From NCBI GenBank assembly GCA_964016885.1, contig OZ024751.1, positions 9,796,001 through 9,860,000 of the forward strand: 64,000 nucleotides of DNA. Direction: 5' to 3'. The translations under genes and the position numbers were made by a program. Origin of the DNA: Eledone cirrhosa (Eukaryota). Position 1 is the first letter of the stretch, and the number at the start of each line of letters is the position of its first letter. The notes under the pieces are model-generated. The model searched no databases, was not told where the DNA came from, and saw only the letters and a list, made by a program, of their open reading frames with translations. This document shows positions 1-17,313 of the stretch, one piece after another.

Positions 1-440
1 AAAACTGGAACACAATAGACCTGACCTGGTGGTTGTGGACAAAGAAAAAAGATCGTGTCTGATTGTGGATGTGGCCTGCCCGTTCGACACGAGAGTGCAA
101 GAGAAGGAGAGGGAGAAAATTAACCGATACCAGGACCTAAAGTGGGAGGTGAAAAGGATTTGGAACTGCCATGAAGTCAAAGTGATCCCGATTGTCATAG
201 GCGCACTGGGGACTATCTCCAAAAGTTTCCAGGGATGGTTAAAGAAAATCGGCCCCTTCACGCTTTTTGGAACGCTTCAAAAGGCATGCTTGCTTGGAAC
301 AGCAAGAACCCTCCGATACGTCCTGAATATCTGAGGCTGCAGGTAGTGGCTTGATATTCAATCCAACGGACTTTCCAGTTAACCAACATCAATGACTGAG
401 ATTCAAGGAATAACAACAATAATAATAATAATAATAATAA
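1..440 (+). mobile_element. R4/Dong-type non-LTR retrotransposon family A, 3' end (copy A1; 5' part outside window)
   Basis: Restriction-like endonuclease motifs [26 protein letters not shown] to stop 334, then 3' UTR and (TAA)n tail; near-identical to 5757-6190. Confidence 0.93.
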
Positions 441-476
441 TGAACAAAAAGAAATGGATAGGAATAATAATAATAA

Positions 477-1617
477 TGAACAAAAAGAAATGGATAGGAA
501 GACTAGGAAGCTATTGACTATCTACAACATGTTCCACAAGAGGAGTGATGTCGATAGACTCTACCTAAGGAGATCTGAGGGTGAAAGAGGTCTTATCAGC
601 ATAGAGGACTGTGTTCAGATGGAGAAAAACAACCTATACAAATACGTGACCTATAGTAAGGAGCCAATGCTCAGAACTGTACTGAAGGAGGGGACAGTAG
701 GCCAGGGGATGTCCAAGGAGGAAATAACATCAAGGAGGAAGAGCAGCCTTAAGGGAAAATCCCTTCATAGTACCTTCTTTGAGAAAACTGAATTTAGAGA
801 TCCACAGACATGGAACTGGTTGAGAAGAGGAGACCTCAAAAAGGCTACAGAAGGAATGCTAATGGCTGCGCAGGAGCAGGCCCTCAAAACGAAGTGGTTG
901 AAGCACCATATCTACAAGGAGGAGGCTAGCCCACTTTGCAGGATCTGTGGAGAGAGAGAGGAGACTGTGGCTTACATTGTGTCCGAGTGTAAACACCTAG
1001 CCCAGACCCACTATAAGGGCTGGAGACACGATGTGATGGGCAGGGTGATCCACTGGCACCTGTGCAAAGTAAACAATTTACCACATTCTGAGAAATGGTA
1101 TGAGCATAGGCCAGAGGCGGTGATGGAGAACAATCAGGTGAAGGTGCTGTGGGATTTTAGGATACAGACGGACAAAAAACTGGAACACAATAGACCTGAC
1201 CTGGTGGTTGTGGACAAAGAAAAAAGATCGTGTCTGATTGTGGATGTGGCCTGCCCGTTCGACACGAGAGTGCAAGAGAAGGAGAGGGAGAAAATTAACC
1301 GATACCAGGACCTAAAGTGGGAGGTGAAAAGGATTTGGAACTGCCATGAAGTCAAAGTGATCCCGATTGTCATAGGCGCACTGGGGACTATCTCCAAAAG
1401 TTTCCAGGGATGGTTAAAGAAAATCGGCCCCTTCACGCTTTTTGGAACGCTTCAAAAGGCATGCTTGCTTGGAACAGCAAGAACCCTCCGATACGTCCTG
1501 AATATCTGAGGCTGCAGGTAGTGGCTTGATATTCAATCCAACGGACTTTCCAGTTAACCAACATCAATGACTGAGATTCAAGGAATAACAACAATAATAA
1601 TAATAATAATAATAATA
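477..1617 (+). mobile_element. Dong family A, 5'-truncated copy A2
   Basis: Matches 5058-6190 with a few substitutions; CCHC knuckle [24 protein letters not shown]; (TAA)n on both sides. Confidence 0.93.
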
Positions 1618-4600
1618 GGGAAGAAGACGCACGAGGTGGCGGAGGTCATGAAATCGCTCCCGTAAGTTTTGAATTTTTAACATATTTAAATCATTTGTGA
1701 AATAACAACTCTTAGTACAAATGCTACGTAAAGCACCCGGCTTGAGCCCCAAACAATTCGGACCCAAAATATATTGTTATAAGGCTCAAATATTCAAATA
1801 TTCAACTTTGTATTGTACACTGTATATCCAAAAAAGAAAATGGCTATAAATGGAAGAAGAACCCCCCCCCTCCTCTCCTCTGTCTACACTATATAGAACA
1901 GCCAAACTCACCAACACCAGAAACTAGATACACCACCCACCCCATCACCTGTGTACACTAAACACAACAGCCAGATAACGGCATTTTCACCACCACCGCT
2001 CACTACCGCCATCATTACCACCATTATCCCATCACTGCCGCCACCACCCCTTCACTCCTTCACTGCTGCCACCGCTACAGCACCATCACTACAGTAATAC
2101 GGTCACATCACCGCCACCACTGCCTCGGTATCGACATCACCACCACCACTGTCTCAGTATCGCTACCGCCGCCAGTCCCCACTTCTCCCAGCTGACTGCT
2201 GCCACCACATTATAGAATCCCTACTGCTAAAAAAGAGGAAGGCATCAAAACATCAAAATATATAGATAGACTCAAAAGAAAAAAGAAAAAACAAACAACA
2301 AAACCAAAGCAGCACAGCAACAACAGCAAAAAACTAGAAAAACAAACAGAGAAAAACAAAAACAAAAAAAAAAACCCCCAAAAACGTAAAGAAAATAAGA
2401 ATGAAGAGAGAAGCAGGCGGATGGACAGAGAAGAGGGGGAAAAACTAAAACTTAAAAAACAAAAACTAAGTCAGACATTCGAACACTACATTACAATGAA
2501 ACTTATGCTTATTCACTTTTGGGGCCCTTTCTGCCTGTGTGTTTGTTTGTTTATGTGTGTTCGTATACAGCGTAGTGATAATGCCACACAAGGGCCAAGT
2601 GGAATGGCGGATCCACAGATGGCTATGTAACCATACATTCGCCAATCCTCGATAAGAGTGTTTAAATATCGAACATAAACAGTTCGAATAACGGTGAAAT
2701 GGAGACTAGAACGTCATGTGACAGACTCTCACCCAACAGGTGCCCCCTGGCTCAGCAGCAGGAACCTGACTGTCAACCAACTACTGCTGATGTTGGAGGA
2801 AGGAGAAGAAGGAAAGGGGCCAGAACCAACTGGACGAAAGAATTGAATAGAACTGTTATGCAATGTTACCTGAAAAGTAACCCCAAGGAGAGGGGCTACA
2901 GGAGACGGATGCATAACATCTGGAACGAGATTGGTTTATTTAAATTAGATGAACAAAAATTGGCCGGGCAGGCTCGGGTAATAAGAACTAATGGGTGGAT
3001 AAGCGAGCTGGAACTGGAGGAACTGAGCAGAGAGAATAGCTTGGAGATGGCGGGTGTAGTATGCCAGACAAGCGAGCCAGTGGGAAATGAAGGTGAAGAG
3101 GTCCTGAGAACGGAGGAACCACCCGAAGCAGATAATGATCTGAATACTGAGATAAATAATACCTGGAACAGAGATACGGCCACTGAGGAGATGAATGCTG
3201 ACGGGCTAGGACAAGATTCGGTTGACATCCTAAATTTAGTGGTAGATGAATTGAACAATGATAATGGGAGACCTATGAACCTAAGATTTGTAGACAAGAA
3301 AAAGTTAAAAGAAACAACAGCTAAGGTAAACAAAGTCATCCCATACCTTGAGGCGAGGAGCCTTCACCAGTGCAACAATATCCTCAAAGCAACAGCAAAT
3401 ACGGTGAGGAAACTACTTGGTATAAAAGCGAGAGGAAACAACAGACAAGAAAGAGCAGAGCCGTGGTGGAAGAAACGACTGAGTGGGCAAATCGGGGAAA
3501 TGAGAAATGACATAGGAAAGCTTGAGTCACTACTGAATGGGACACTAAAAAACATAGGCACTAAAAATAGACTGGAAATAAAATACAAAACTAGGAGGAA
3601 AAAGCTAAATATTATCATAGAGGAACTGAAGCAACGCATTGTAGCAAAGAGTGCAAAAATCAGGCGATACGAGAACAGAGTCAGTCAGTATAAACAGAAC
3701 CGCATGTTCGACAACAACCAGAAGATGCTGTTTGGACAGCTTGAGGGGAAAGAAAGAGGCAACGACTTGATCCCTGGGGCGGAGCAAACTAAAACATTCT
3801 GGAGAGGAATATGGGAGCAGGATGTTAGACATAATGTCCAGGCAGGGTGGATTGAGACAGTACAGAGGGAGATCGGTGAGCAGGCACAGCAACAAACTGA
3901 TTTGAGTATCACAGTTGAAACTCTTAAGGGGCAGGCCAAAAAACTAACCAACTGGAAATCACCAGGCCCAGATGGTGTGCAGGGGTATTAGATTAAACAT
4001 TTAACATCCCTCCACCCGAAGCTGACGGCTATGTTCAATGACTGCTTGGTGTCGGGTGAGGTGCCAGAGTGGTTGACAAAAGGTACCACAGTTCTGATAA
4101 TGAAAGACCGAATCAAGGTTAATGATGTTACCAACTATAGACCTATCACATGTCTGTCCGTAATGTGGAAACTGTTGACGAGCATGTGTCTGAGGAAATC
4201 TACCATCACCTCCACACAAACAACTTGTTACCGGACGAACAGAAAGGATGCCGAAAGAAGTCACGTGGTACAAAGGACCAGTTACTTATTGATAAGATGG
4301 TAATGGGGAATTGCAGGAGGAGACACACTGATCTTGCCATGGGATGGATAGACTACAGAAAGGCATTTGACATGGTGCCTCATTCTTGGATCACCAAAAG
4401 TCTGGAGATCTTCAGGGTGGCAGATAACATCAGACAGTTGCTAGGCAGGAGTATGGGGTCCTGGGAGACAGAGTTGACATCAACTGGAGTATCCTTGGGA
4501 AGCGTGAAGATCAAGAGAGGTATCTTCCAGGGAGATAGCCTGTCCCCTCTGTTGTTTGTCCTTGCCCTGATGCCCTTGACCATTATGCTGCGAAAAGTGA

Positions 4601-6190
4601 GAGCAGGATACAAGTTGGGAAGGGGAGAGCTTACCATCAATCACCTCCTCTTCATGGACGATCTTAAGCTCTTCGGGAAAAGTGAGAAGGAGTTGGATGT
4701 GCTTGTTGACACTGTCCGTATTTTCAGCAGTGATATATGTATGCAGTTTGGTATTGGTAAATGTGGAGTCATTGTGATGAAGAGGGGTAGGTTGAGCAGA
4801 AGTAACGAGATCCAGATACCAACAGGTGAGATGATAAAGGAAATTGACTCTGAGGAAGGATACAAGTATTTGGGCGTTCTGGAGGCTGATGGCATAAAGA
4901 ACAAAAAAATGAAGGAATTGTTAAGAACTGAATACATTCGGAGAGTAAGGAGCGTATTGAAGTCACATCTGAACAGCAGAAATGCCATAAGCGCAGTAAA
5001 TTCCCGAGCTGTGTCTATTATTAGGTACAGTGCGGGAATTCTGAGATGGAATGTTGCTGAACAAAAAGAAATGGATAGGAAGACTAGGAAGCTATTGACT
5101 ATCTACAACATGTTCCACAAGAGGAGTGATGTCGATAGACTCTACCTAAGGAGATCTGAGGGTGGAAGAGGTGTTATCAGCATAGAGGACTGTGTTCAGA
5201 TGGAGAAAAACAACCTATACAAATACGTGACCTATAGTAAGGAGCCAATGCTCAGAACTGTACTGAAGGAGGGGACAGTAGGCCAGGGGATGTCCAAGGA
5301 GGAAATAACATCAAGGAGGAAGAGCAGCCTTAAGGGAAAATCCCTTCATAGTACCTTCTTTGAGAAAACTGAATTTAGAGATCCACAGACATGGAACTGG
5401 TTGAGAAGAGGAGACCTCAAAAAGGCTACAGAAGGAATGCTAATGGCTGCGCAGGAGCAGGCCCTCAAAACGAAGTGGTTGAATCACCATATTTACAAGG
5501 AGGAGGCTAGCCCACTGTGCAGGATCTGTGGAGAGAGAGAGGAGACTGTGGCTCACATTGTGTCCGAGTGTAAACACCTAGCCCAGACCCACTATAAGGG
5601 CTGGAGACACGATGTGATGGGCAGGGTGATCCACTGGCACCTGTGCAAAGTAAACAATTTACCACATTCTGAGAAATGGTATGAGCATAGGCCAGAGGCG
5701 GTGATGGAGAACAATCAGGTGAAGGTGCTATGGGATTTTAGGATACAGACGGACAAAAAACTGGAACACAATAGACCTGACCTGGTGGTTGTGGACAAAG
5801 AAAAAAGATCGTGTCTGATTGTGGATGTGCCCTGCCCGTTCGACACGAGAGTGCAAGAGAAGGAGAGGGAGAAAATTAACCGATACCAGGACCTAAAGTG
5901 GGAGGTGAAAAGGATTTGGAACTGCCATGAAGTCAAAGTGATCCCGATTGTCATAGGCGCACTGGGGACTATCTCCAAAAGTTTCCAGGGATGGTTAAAG
6001 AAAATCGGCCCCTTCACGCTTTTTGGAACGCTTCAAAAGGCATGCTTGCTTGGAACAGCAAGAACCCTCCGATACGTCCTGAATATCTGAGGCTGCAGGT
6101 AGTGGCTTGATATTCAATCCAACGGACTTTCCAGTTAACCAACATCAATGACTGAGATTCAAGGAATAACAACAATAATAATAATAATAA
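1618..6190 (+). mobile_element. Dong family A, full-length copy A3
   Basis: Starts GGGAAGAAGACGCACGAGG right after (TAA)n; ~1.08 kb 5' UTR, single ORF, short 3' UTR, (TAA)n tail. Confidence 0.92.
2699..6090 (+). pseudogene. Dong A polyprotein: N-terminal domain, reverse transcriptase, CCHC knuckle, restriction-like endonuclease; one nonsense codon and one frameshift
   Basis: [51 protein letters not shown]; TAG at 3989-3991 where Trp is expected; frame change near 4185. Confidence 0.9.
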
Positions 6191-6198
6191 TACGATAA

Positions 6199-9100
6199 TA
6201 GCCAATATACGAAGAAATATTGTAAGAAAAAAGTTACTAACTGATATAGAAATTGATCAGATCAAGCTATTAGCACAAAGTCAGCGAAGGGAAAATGAAA
6301 CATGTGTCAATGAAAACGAGGTAAACTGTAACACTTCGAATCCCAGGGTTGGGGCGGAATCACTGGCAACAGAACAAATTAAAGAAAGGATAGAAAAAGT
6401 GGAGGGAGTGCATGCTCAGGATGAAACTCCAAATGAAAATAATGAGATCGTAAATGATAAAGAAATGAATGAGAATGAACTTGCCAACTTGAAGGATGAA
6501 ATTATGATCGAATGGATGAAAATGAAAGAATCTGACATGGGGCAACGAGACACCCTCCCTAAGATCCAGAACTCCAAACAGAACCAAAAGATAATACACA
6601 AGACTAACATAATTCTCAAAAACATTATCATCACAAACAAACTAAACATTACTGATTTAAATCATCTCTATTATGCATCGGCTAAAGTCACCACTCACTT
6701 ATGTGGAGTGAAGATGAAAAAACAAAGGAATTCCCACAAGAAATCTACTTGGCAAGAGAACATCAATCGCCAAATAAACCTTCTCCGATCTGACATAGAA
6801 ATTTTAACAAACTATAAAGTAGGTGAACATGTTAAACAAACTAAACTTAGAAAATTGAAAAAAAAGTACAGTATAAAATCAACAAGTGACATAGACATGC
6901 TGATAGAAATAATCAAGCAAAAAGTTGTCGGCCAAAGCTGCTCGTATAAGGCGCTTTGAAAAACGATCTAGATTCTATAAGGACAATAATATGTTCAAAA
7001 ACAACCAAAGAAACTTCTACAGAAAAATTGGTAAGTCAACAATAACTGCTAAATCAATACCACCCAAGGAGGAAGTGCAAGAATTCTGGGAAAAGATCTG
7101 GGCCGAAGAAAAAGTTCATAACATACATTCCCCATGGATAGACAGACAAATGAAAGAAACAGCTCACCTTGAGGAACAAATATGAGAAAATATAACAGTT
7201 GAATAGTTGCGCTTGGCTCTAAGAAAAACCAGCAAATGGAAATCGCCAGGAAAAGACAAAATACAAAACTTTTGGATAAATGCCTTCACAGAGTCTCATG
7301 AGCTGTTAGCCCAACTTTACAATGAAATAGTTAAGGAGCCAGAAAAGATATCATCATGGCTAATTAACGGCATTACATTCCTGTTTCCGAAGAATGATGA
7401 GACAAACAATCCCAAAAATTAGAGACCGATAACTTGCTTGACCACAATGTATAAAATTTTAACATCAGTCCTAACTGAATACACATATGACCACCTGATA
7501 ACAAATGACCTATTTCAAATTGAGCAGAAAGGGTGTAAACGAGGCTCATATGGCTGTAAGGATCAGCTTCTGGTTAACAAAATGATACTGGAAGATTGTC
7601 ATAATAGACACAAAAATCTATCGATTACTTGCATAGATTATAAAAAGCATTCGATAGTTTGCCACACAGTTGGATTGAAAAATGTTTAGAGATTTTCAAA
7701 ATAACCCCCGTTGTCAGGAGGTTTCTGTCATTGAGTATGAAGACATGGAAAACGACACTCCTTTTGAATAGTGAAACAAAATCACTGGAAGCTGGAGAAG
7801 TTAATATTAATTGTGGAATTTTTCAGGGTGACTCTTTATCACCGCTTTTATTCTGCATCGCGCTTATACCATTAAGTAAAATGCTCAATGAAACAAAACA
7901 TGGATATAAAGTCTATGACAAAACCATTAATCACTTGTTCTACATGGATGACCTGAAACTATTTGCAAAAAATGATGAACAATTGCAAGGGCTATTATAC
8001 ACTGTGGAGCAGTTCAATGATGACATTAAAATGGAGTTTGGACTAGATAAATGCGCCAAAGCAACGTTCACCAGAGGAAAGCTGCGGAAGAGTTCAGACA
8101 TTAATCTTGATCGGGGGAACGTGATAAGAGAACTTGATCAAGAAAAAACTTACAAATTTCTAGGTGTTTGTGAAGGAGACGGAATCAAGCACTCGACAAT
8201 GAGGAAAAGGATAAGGAAGGAATGTTACCGCAGAGTAAGAGCAATCTTAAGAACGGAATTGAATGCAAGGAATAGGATCGATGCCATAAACACGCTTGCC
8301 ATACCAGTAGTAACCTACAGTTACAATGTCATCAAATGGTCAAGCACAGAGATCCGTAGGCTCGATACAAAAATTCGAAAATTCTTAACAATGCACAGAA
8401 TGCATCACCCTAAGGCAGATATAGATAGAATATATCTCCCTAGGAAAGAAGGAGGACGTGGGTTAATCCAGTTAGACATTGCGTTGAAAACTGCAACAAT
8501 TGGATTATCTACATATCTAAGGGAATCACATGATTGGATGATCAAACTCGTTTTGAAACACGAAAGCATCAAAAGATCATATTCCATTACAAAAGATGCA
8601 CAAAGATACAGTAATGGACTACAAATTTCAGAAGTCCCATTTACTGCTGAAATGGAAAACACAGAAAAAGCAAAGCAGGTAAAAATAACTGCAAAGAAAG
8701 AACTGCTACAGAAACTGGCTAAGAAATGGCAAGAAAAGCCTCTGTATGGAAAATACCCAGAAAGAGCTAACAATCCTGATGTTGACAAAACTTTAACCCA
8801 TCAGTGGTTGGTATCCTTAGACTGAAATCGAAGACTGAATGACTGATTATATCAGCACAAGATCAGTGTCTGCCAACAAAAAATTACCAAGCCAACATAA
8901 TAAAAAATGGATGCAACCCATTATGCCGTGTATGCAAAAAACAACCAGAGACCATTGATCATATAATTTCAATGTGCAGTCCTATAGCTCCAACCGAATA
9001 CCTAAACAGGCATGACAGAGCTGCACAATACATACATTGGATAATGTGTAAGCATTTTGACCTGCCCCATCAAAAGAATTGGTGGGAGCCTCAACCACTT

Positions 9101-9663
9101 CCCACACTGGAAAAAGATCACATCTCAATTTGGTGGAACCTTAGCATGCAAACAGACCGAAAAATAGATGCAAATAGACCTGATGTTATACTGAAGGACT
9201 TTAAAAAGAGGGTATGCCTGCTAATTGATATGTCCGTTCCAATAGACAAGAATGTATCTATAAAAACATTTGAAAAATTGAGCAAGTATAAAGACCTGGA
9301 GATAGAAATTGGAAAAATGTGGAAATTGAGAACTAAAACAATACCAGTGGTTGTAGGCGCTCTAGGAATGATACCTAAGGGGTCTAATGATTACTTATCG
9401 CAAATCCCATGAAACCCGCGTATAGGAGAAATACAAAAGATAGTACTAATGGGAACTGCCCATATACTAAAGAAGATTCTGTCAATATAAGTACATCACA
9501 AGTCTAAACACTAAAGATGCATGTGTGAGTGTGTATGTTCTTTCTTGAACATGGCGGACCTTGTTGTCTCTTGAGGTCACTGGTTGTGACTTGGTGATAA
9601 CTCGTATGAACATAAAACAAGATAAATGCAACTGTAATAATAATAATAATAATAATAATAATA
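6199..9663 (+). mobile_element. Dong family B, 5'-truncated decayed copy B1
   Basis: ORF fragments with [29 protein letters not shown]; several stops and frameshifts; homologous to the reverse complement of 30052-33458; (TAA)n tail 9635-9663. Confidence 0.92.
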
Positions 9664-10266
9664 CATTAGTTAATGTGAATAACAATAACAATTGTTTAAA
9701 TACGAATAATAGTAGAACACCTAGAAATAATAATGATAATACGAATAGTTCCGGTTATAGAAATAACATGGAGTTGAACTGTAACTGTAGAAGGAAATTT
9801 GATTGCCCTTTACAAAATAATTGCCTTGACAAGAATTTAGTATATAAATGTACCATTAAGACAAATAATAATAATACTTATAACTACATTGGTACCACTT
9901 CATTAAACTTTAAGTTTCGCTTTTCCAATCATAAACATTCATTCTCTAATCCAATTAAAAAATTCTCTACATCATTATCACAATTAATATGGTCTTTAAA
10001 AGAGAAAAATATTAAATACTCAATTTCTTGGAGTAAACGAAAGAACTCTGACTCCTATCGGAACGCTTCCATTTCCCCAAATTGCAATCTTTGCAATGTG
10101 GAAACTCTATTAATAATTACAAATTATGGTAATTTAATTAATAAGAAGAAATAATTATTCGGAACTTGTCTACATAAGTCTTGAAGAAACTTTCAAGCAT
10201 TATACAAATTTCGAAAAAATTACTGACTACGAAGGAAAAAATATTGACTATTAATGATTCTTGAAA

Positions 10267-10303
<37 letters not shown>

Positions 10304-10520
10304 TAACGTTTTGCCTTAATTTAAAAATTGTATATCGTTTTTATATAGTAAATTAATCTCATGATGAGACTCGGTATCATAAGTTAGGATTTAGAATGGT
10401 CATTGTGTAACTAGAAATTTCTGAATTTGCGGTTTGGAATATCTTTTGGCTTTCAAAGCACTTAAATATCATAAATGTCCACACAAGTTGAACGAGTTAT
10501 CCTCCTTTATTTAAATTCTT
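9664..10520 (+). mobile_element. PLE 3' remnant: GIY-YIG endonuclease with CxC-x5-C linker (Naiad-like) and 3' UTR
   Basis: CNCRRKFDCPLQNNCLDKNLVYKC..YIGTT..FKFRFSNH..CNLC; right boundary approximate. Confidence 0.82.
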
Positions 10521-10789
10521 CGTAAATAATTTTGTTCTGTCCAAATAGATTGATAATGTATATTTAACATGATTTATACAGCTTAATAATATACGAAAAA
10601 TCCTTAAAGGGAAACTATATATAATAAGATGTAATTACAGAAGTAAAATCGAAATAATAATAATTTTAAGAGTAAATATAACTACTTATTAATCCTGTAA
10701 TGAAATGACAACCAATGAATTGAAATGATTTTATAATGAAAATAGAATAATTCAGATAATAATTCTTAACATTATATGAAATACATATA

Positions 10790-10980
10790 GGAGTGGTGGA
10801 TTGGCAGTATCGGTAGAGGGTCGGACGATATTCTTTGCAGCAAAGAGTTACGTCCCTTTATGGTCTGAGTTCAAATCCCGCCGAGGTTAAATTTGCCTTT
10901 CATCCTTACGGGGTCGATAAAGTAAAGTACCAGTAATGTACTGGAAAATTTCTGGCCTTGTGCCAAAAGTAGAAACAATT
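10790..10980 (+). mobile_element. tRNA-derived SINE (octopus-type)
   Basis: A-box-like TGGCAGTATCGG, B-box GAGTTCAAATCC, core TTTGCCTTTCATCCTTACGGGGTCGATAAA, tail GGCCTTGTGCC..GAAACAATTATT; several copies in window. Confidence 0.88.
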
Positions 10981-11063
10981 ATTTCTATTGCTATTATTGT
11001 CAACATTATTTTTAATCATCATTATCACCATCATCATTACCATTATTATTATTATCATCATCA

Positions 11064-11255
11064 AGGGCGGTGGATTGGCAGTATTGGTAGAGGGTCGGAC
11101 GTCATGCTTTGCAGCAAAGAGTTACGTCCCTTTATGGTCTGAGTTCAAATCCCACCGAGGTTAACTTTGCCTTTTATCCTTACGGGGTCGATAAAATAAA
11201 GCACCAGTAATACTCTGGAATAATTGCTGGCCTTGTGCCAAATGTAGAAACAATT
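11064..11255 (+). mobile_element. tRNA-derived SINE, second copy of a tandem pair
   Basis: Same motifs as 10790-10980. Confidence 0.88.
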
Positions 11256-11856
11256 ATATGAAATACATATACTGATGGTGTTATATGCATAGGTTGTACT
11301 AAATATACTTATACATATTTAATAGGTATTTAAACTTGCTTTATAGTTAAAAATGTATTTGAATAGTGTAACAAAATATTTAGTAAATATATTAATTAAA
11401 CTATGCTTCTGATTACTATAGAAAATATTTTTATATTGTTTAATTTTGATATAATATATTAGTATAATTAGCTTATACATAACCAAATACAAAAGCTATT
11501 AAAAAATTTCATGGTATTTGATGGTCGTTTCTATTTGACTTAATATTTGAAAGCAACGATCACACATCATTTCTCTTTATTCCTTTCTTTCTTTCTTTCA
11601 TTTTTCTTTCTTTCATTTTTCTTTCTTTCTTTCTTTCTTTTTTAACAGTTACGTCTTTCTTCTTCTCTCTTCTATCTTTCTCTCTTCCTTTTTCTTCCTT
11701 AACACGTATATTTACGCATTTAAATATTTGAGGTATGTCATACATCAGTTCATGTATTTTATCTGATGAAAAGGTACTGAAAAAACAGCACAGACCGTCG
11801 AAATAAAACATATATTTTGATTATGTGAATGTCTTCATTTATTAATATTTTGAATA

Positions 11857-12018
<162 letters not shown>

Positions 12019-12019
12019 A

Positions 12020-12375
12020 TAAGCAAAAGGGATATTCAATTTGGTGGTAATTCAACAAATATAAATGTTTATAACGGATTCAGAGCACTCAACAAGTTAT
12101 CTGGAGTATCATATTCAATGATATTAAATGAATGGAAACTATATTTATAAAACCATATTTATTCTATTATATATATTTCAAGGGTACCAAAACTTTGGTA
12201 TGCTTTCATCAGATAAAATACAAAGTTTGTTTTATAAATTTTGACATAACCAAAAAAAGATACCTTAATGGTCCAAGTTTTTCTTGACTATCCAAGAAAA
12301 ACTTGAACCGTTAAGGTATCTTTACTTGGTTGTATCAAAATTTGTAAAGTAAACTTTGTATTTTAGCTGATGAAA

Positions 12376-12380
<5 letters not shown>
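12020..12380. mobile_element. Solo PLE pLTR fold-back with HHR (minus 12160-12220) and truncated plus-strand partner near 12360
   Basis: Reverse complement reads TATTTTAT-CTGATGA-stem II-GAAA-TATATA-TA-ATAGAATA; internal inverted repeat; same family at 36625, 43828, 57625. Confidence 0.78.
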
Positions 12381-12413
<33 letters not shown>

Positions 12414-12455
12414 TTTCTAATATATATATATATATTCATATATATATATATATAT

Positions 12456-17180
<4,725 letters not shown>

Positions 17181-17181
17181 C

Positions 17182-17312
<131 letters not shown>

Positions 17313-17313
17313 A

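Noticed and set aside
1618-1720. HDV-like ribozyme at the Dong 5' end
   Set aside because: Could not build P1-P3, P1.1 and the catalytic C junction by eye
1078-8788. Antisense ORFs over the Dong elements
   Set aside because: Shadow frames of the sense coding sequence, with no independent motifs
10355-10430. ATGATGAG..GAAA as the HHR of the 9664 PLE
   Set aside because: Core mismatch and no convincing stem I or III
10790-11255. Functional tRNA genes
   Set aside because: The A/B boxes belong to SINE heads; no cloverleaf
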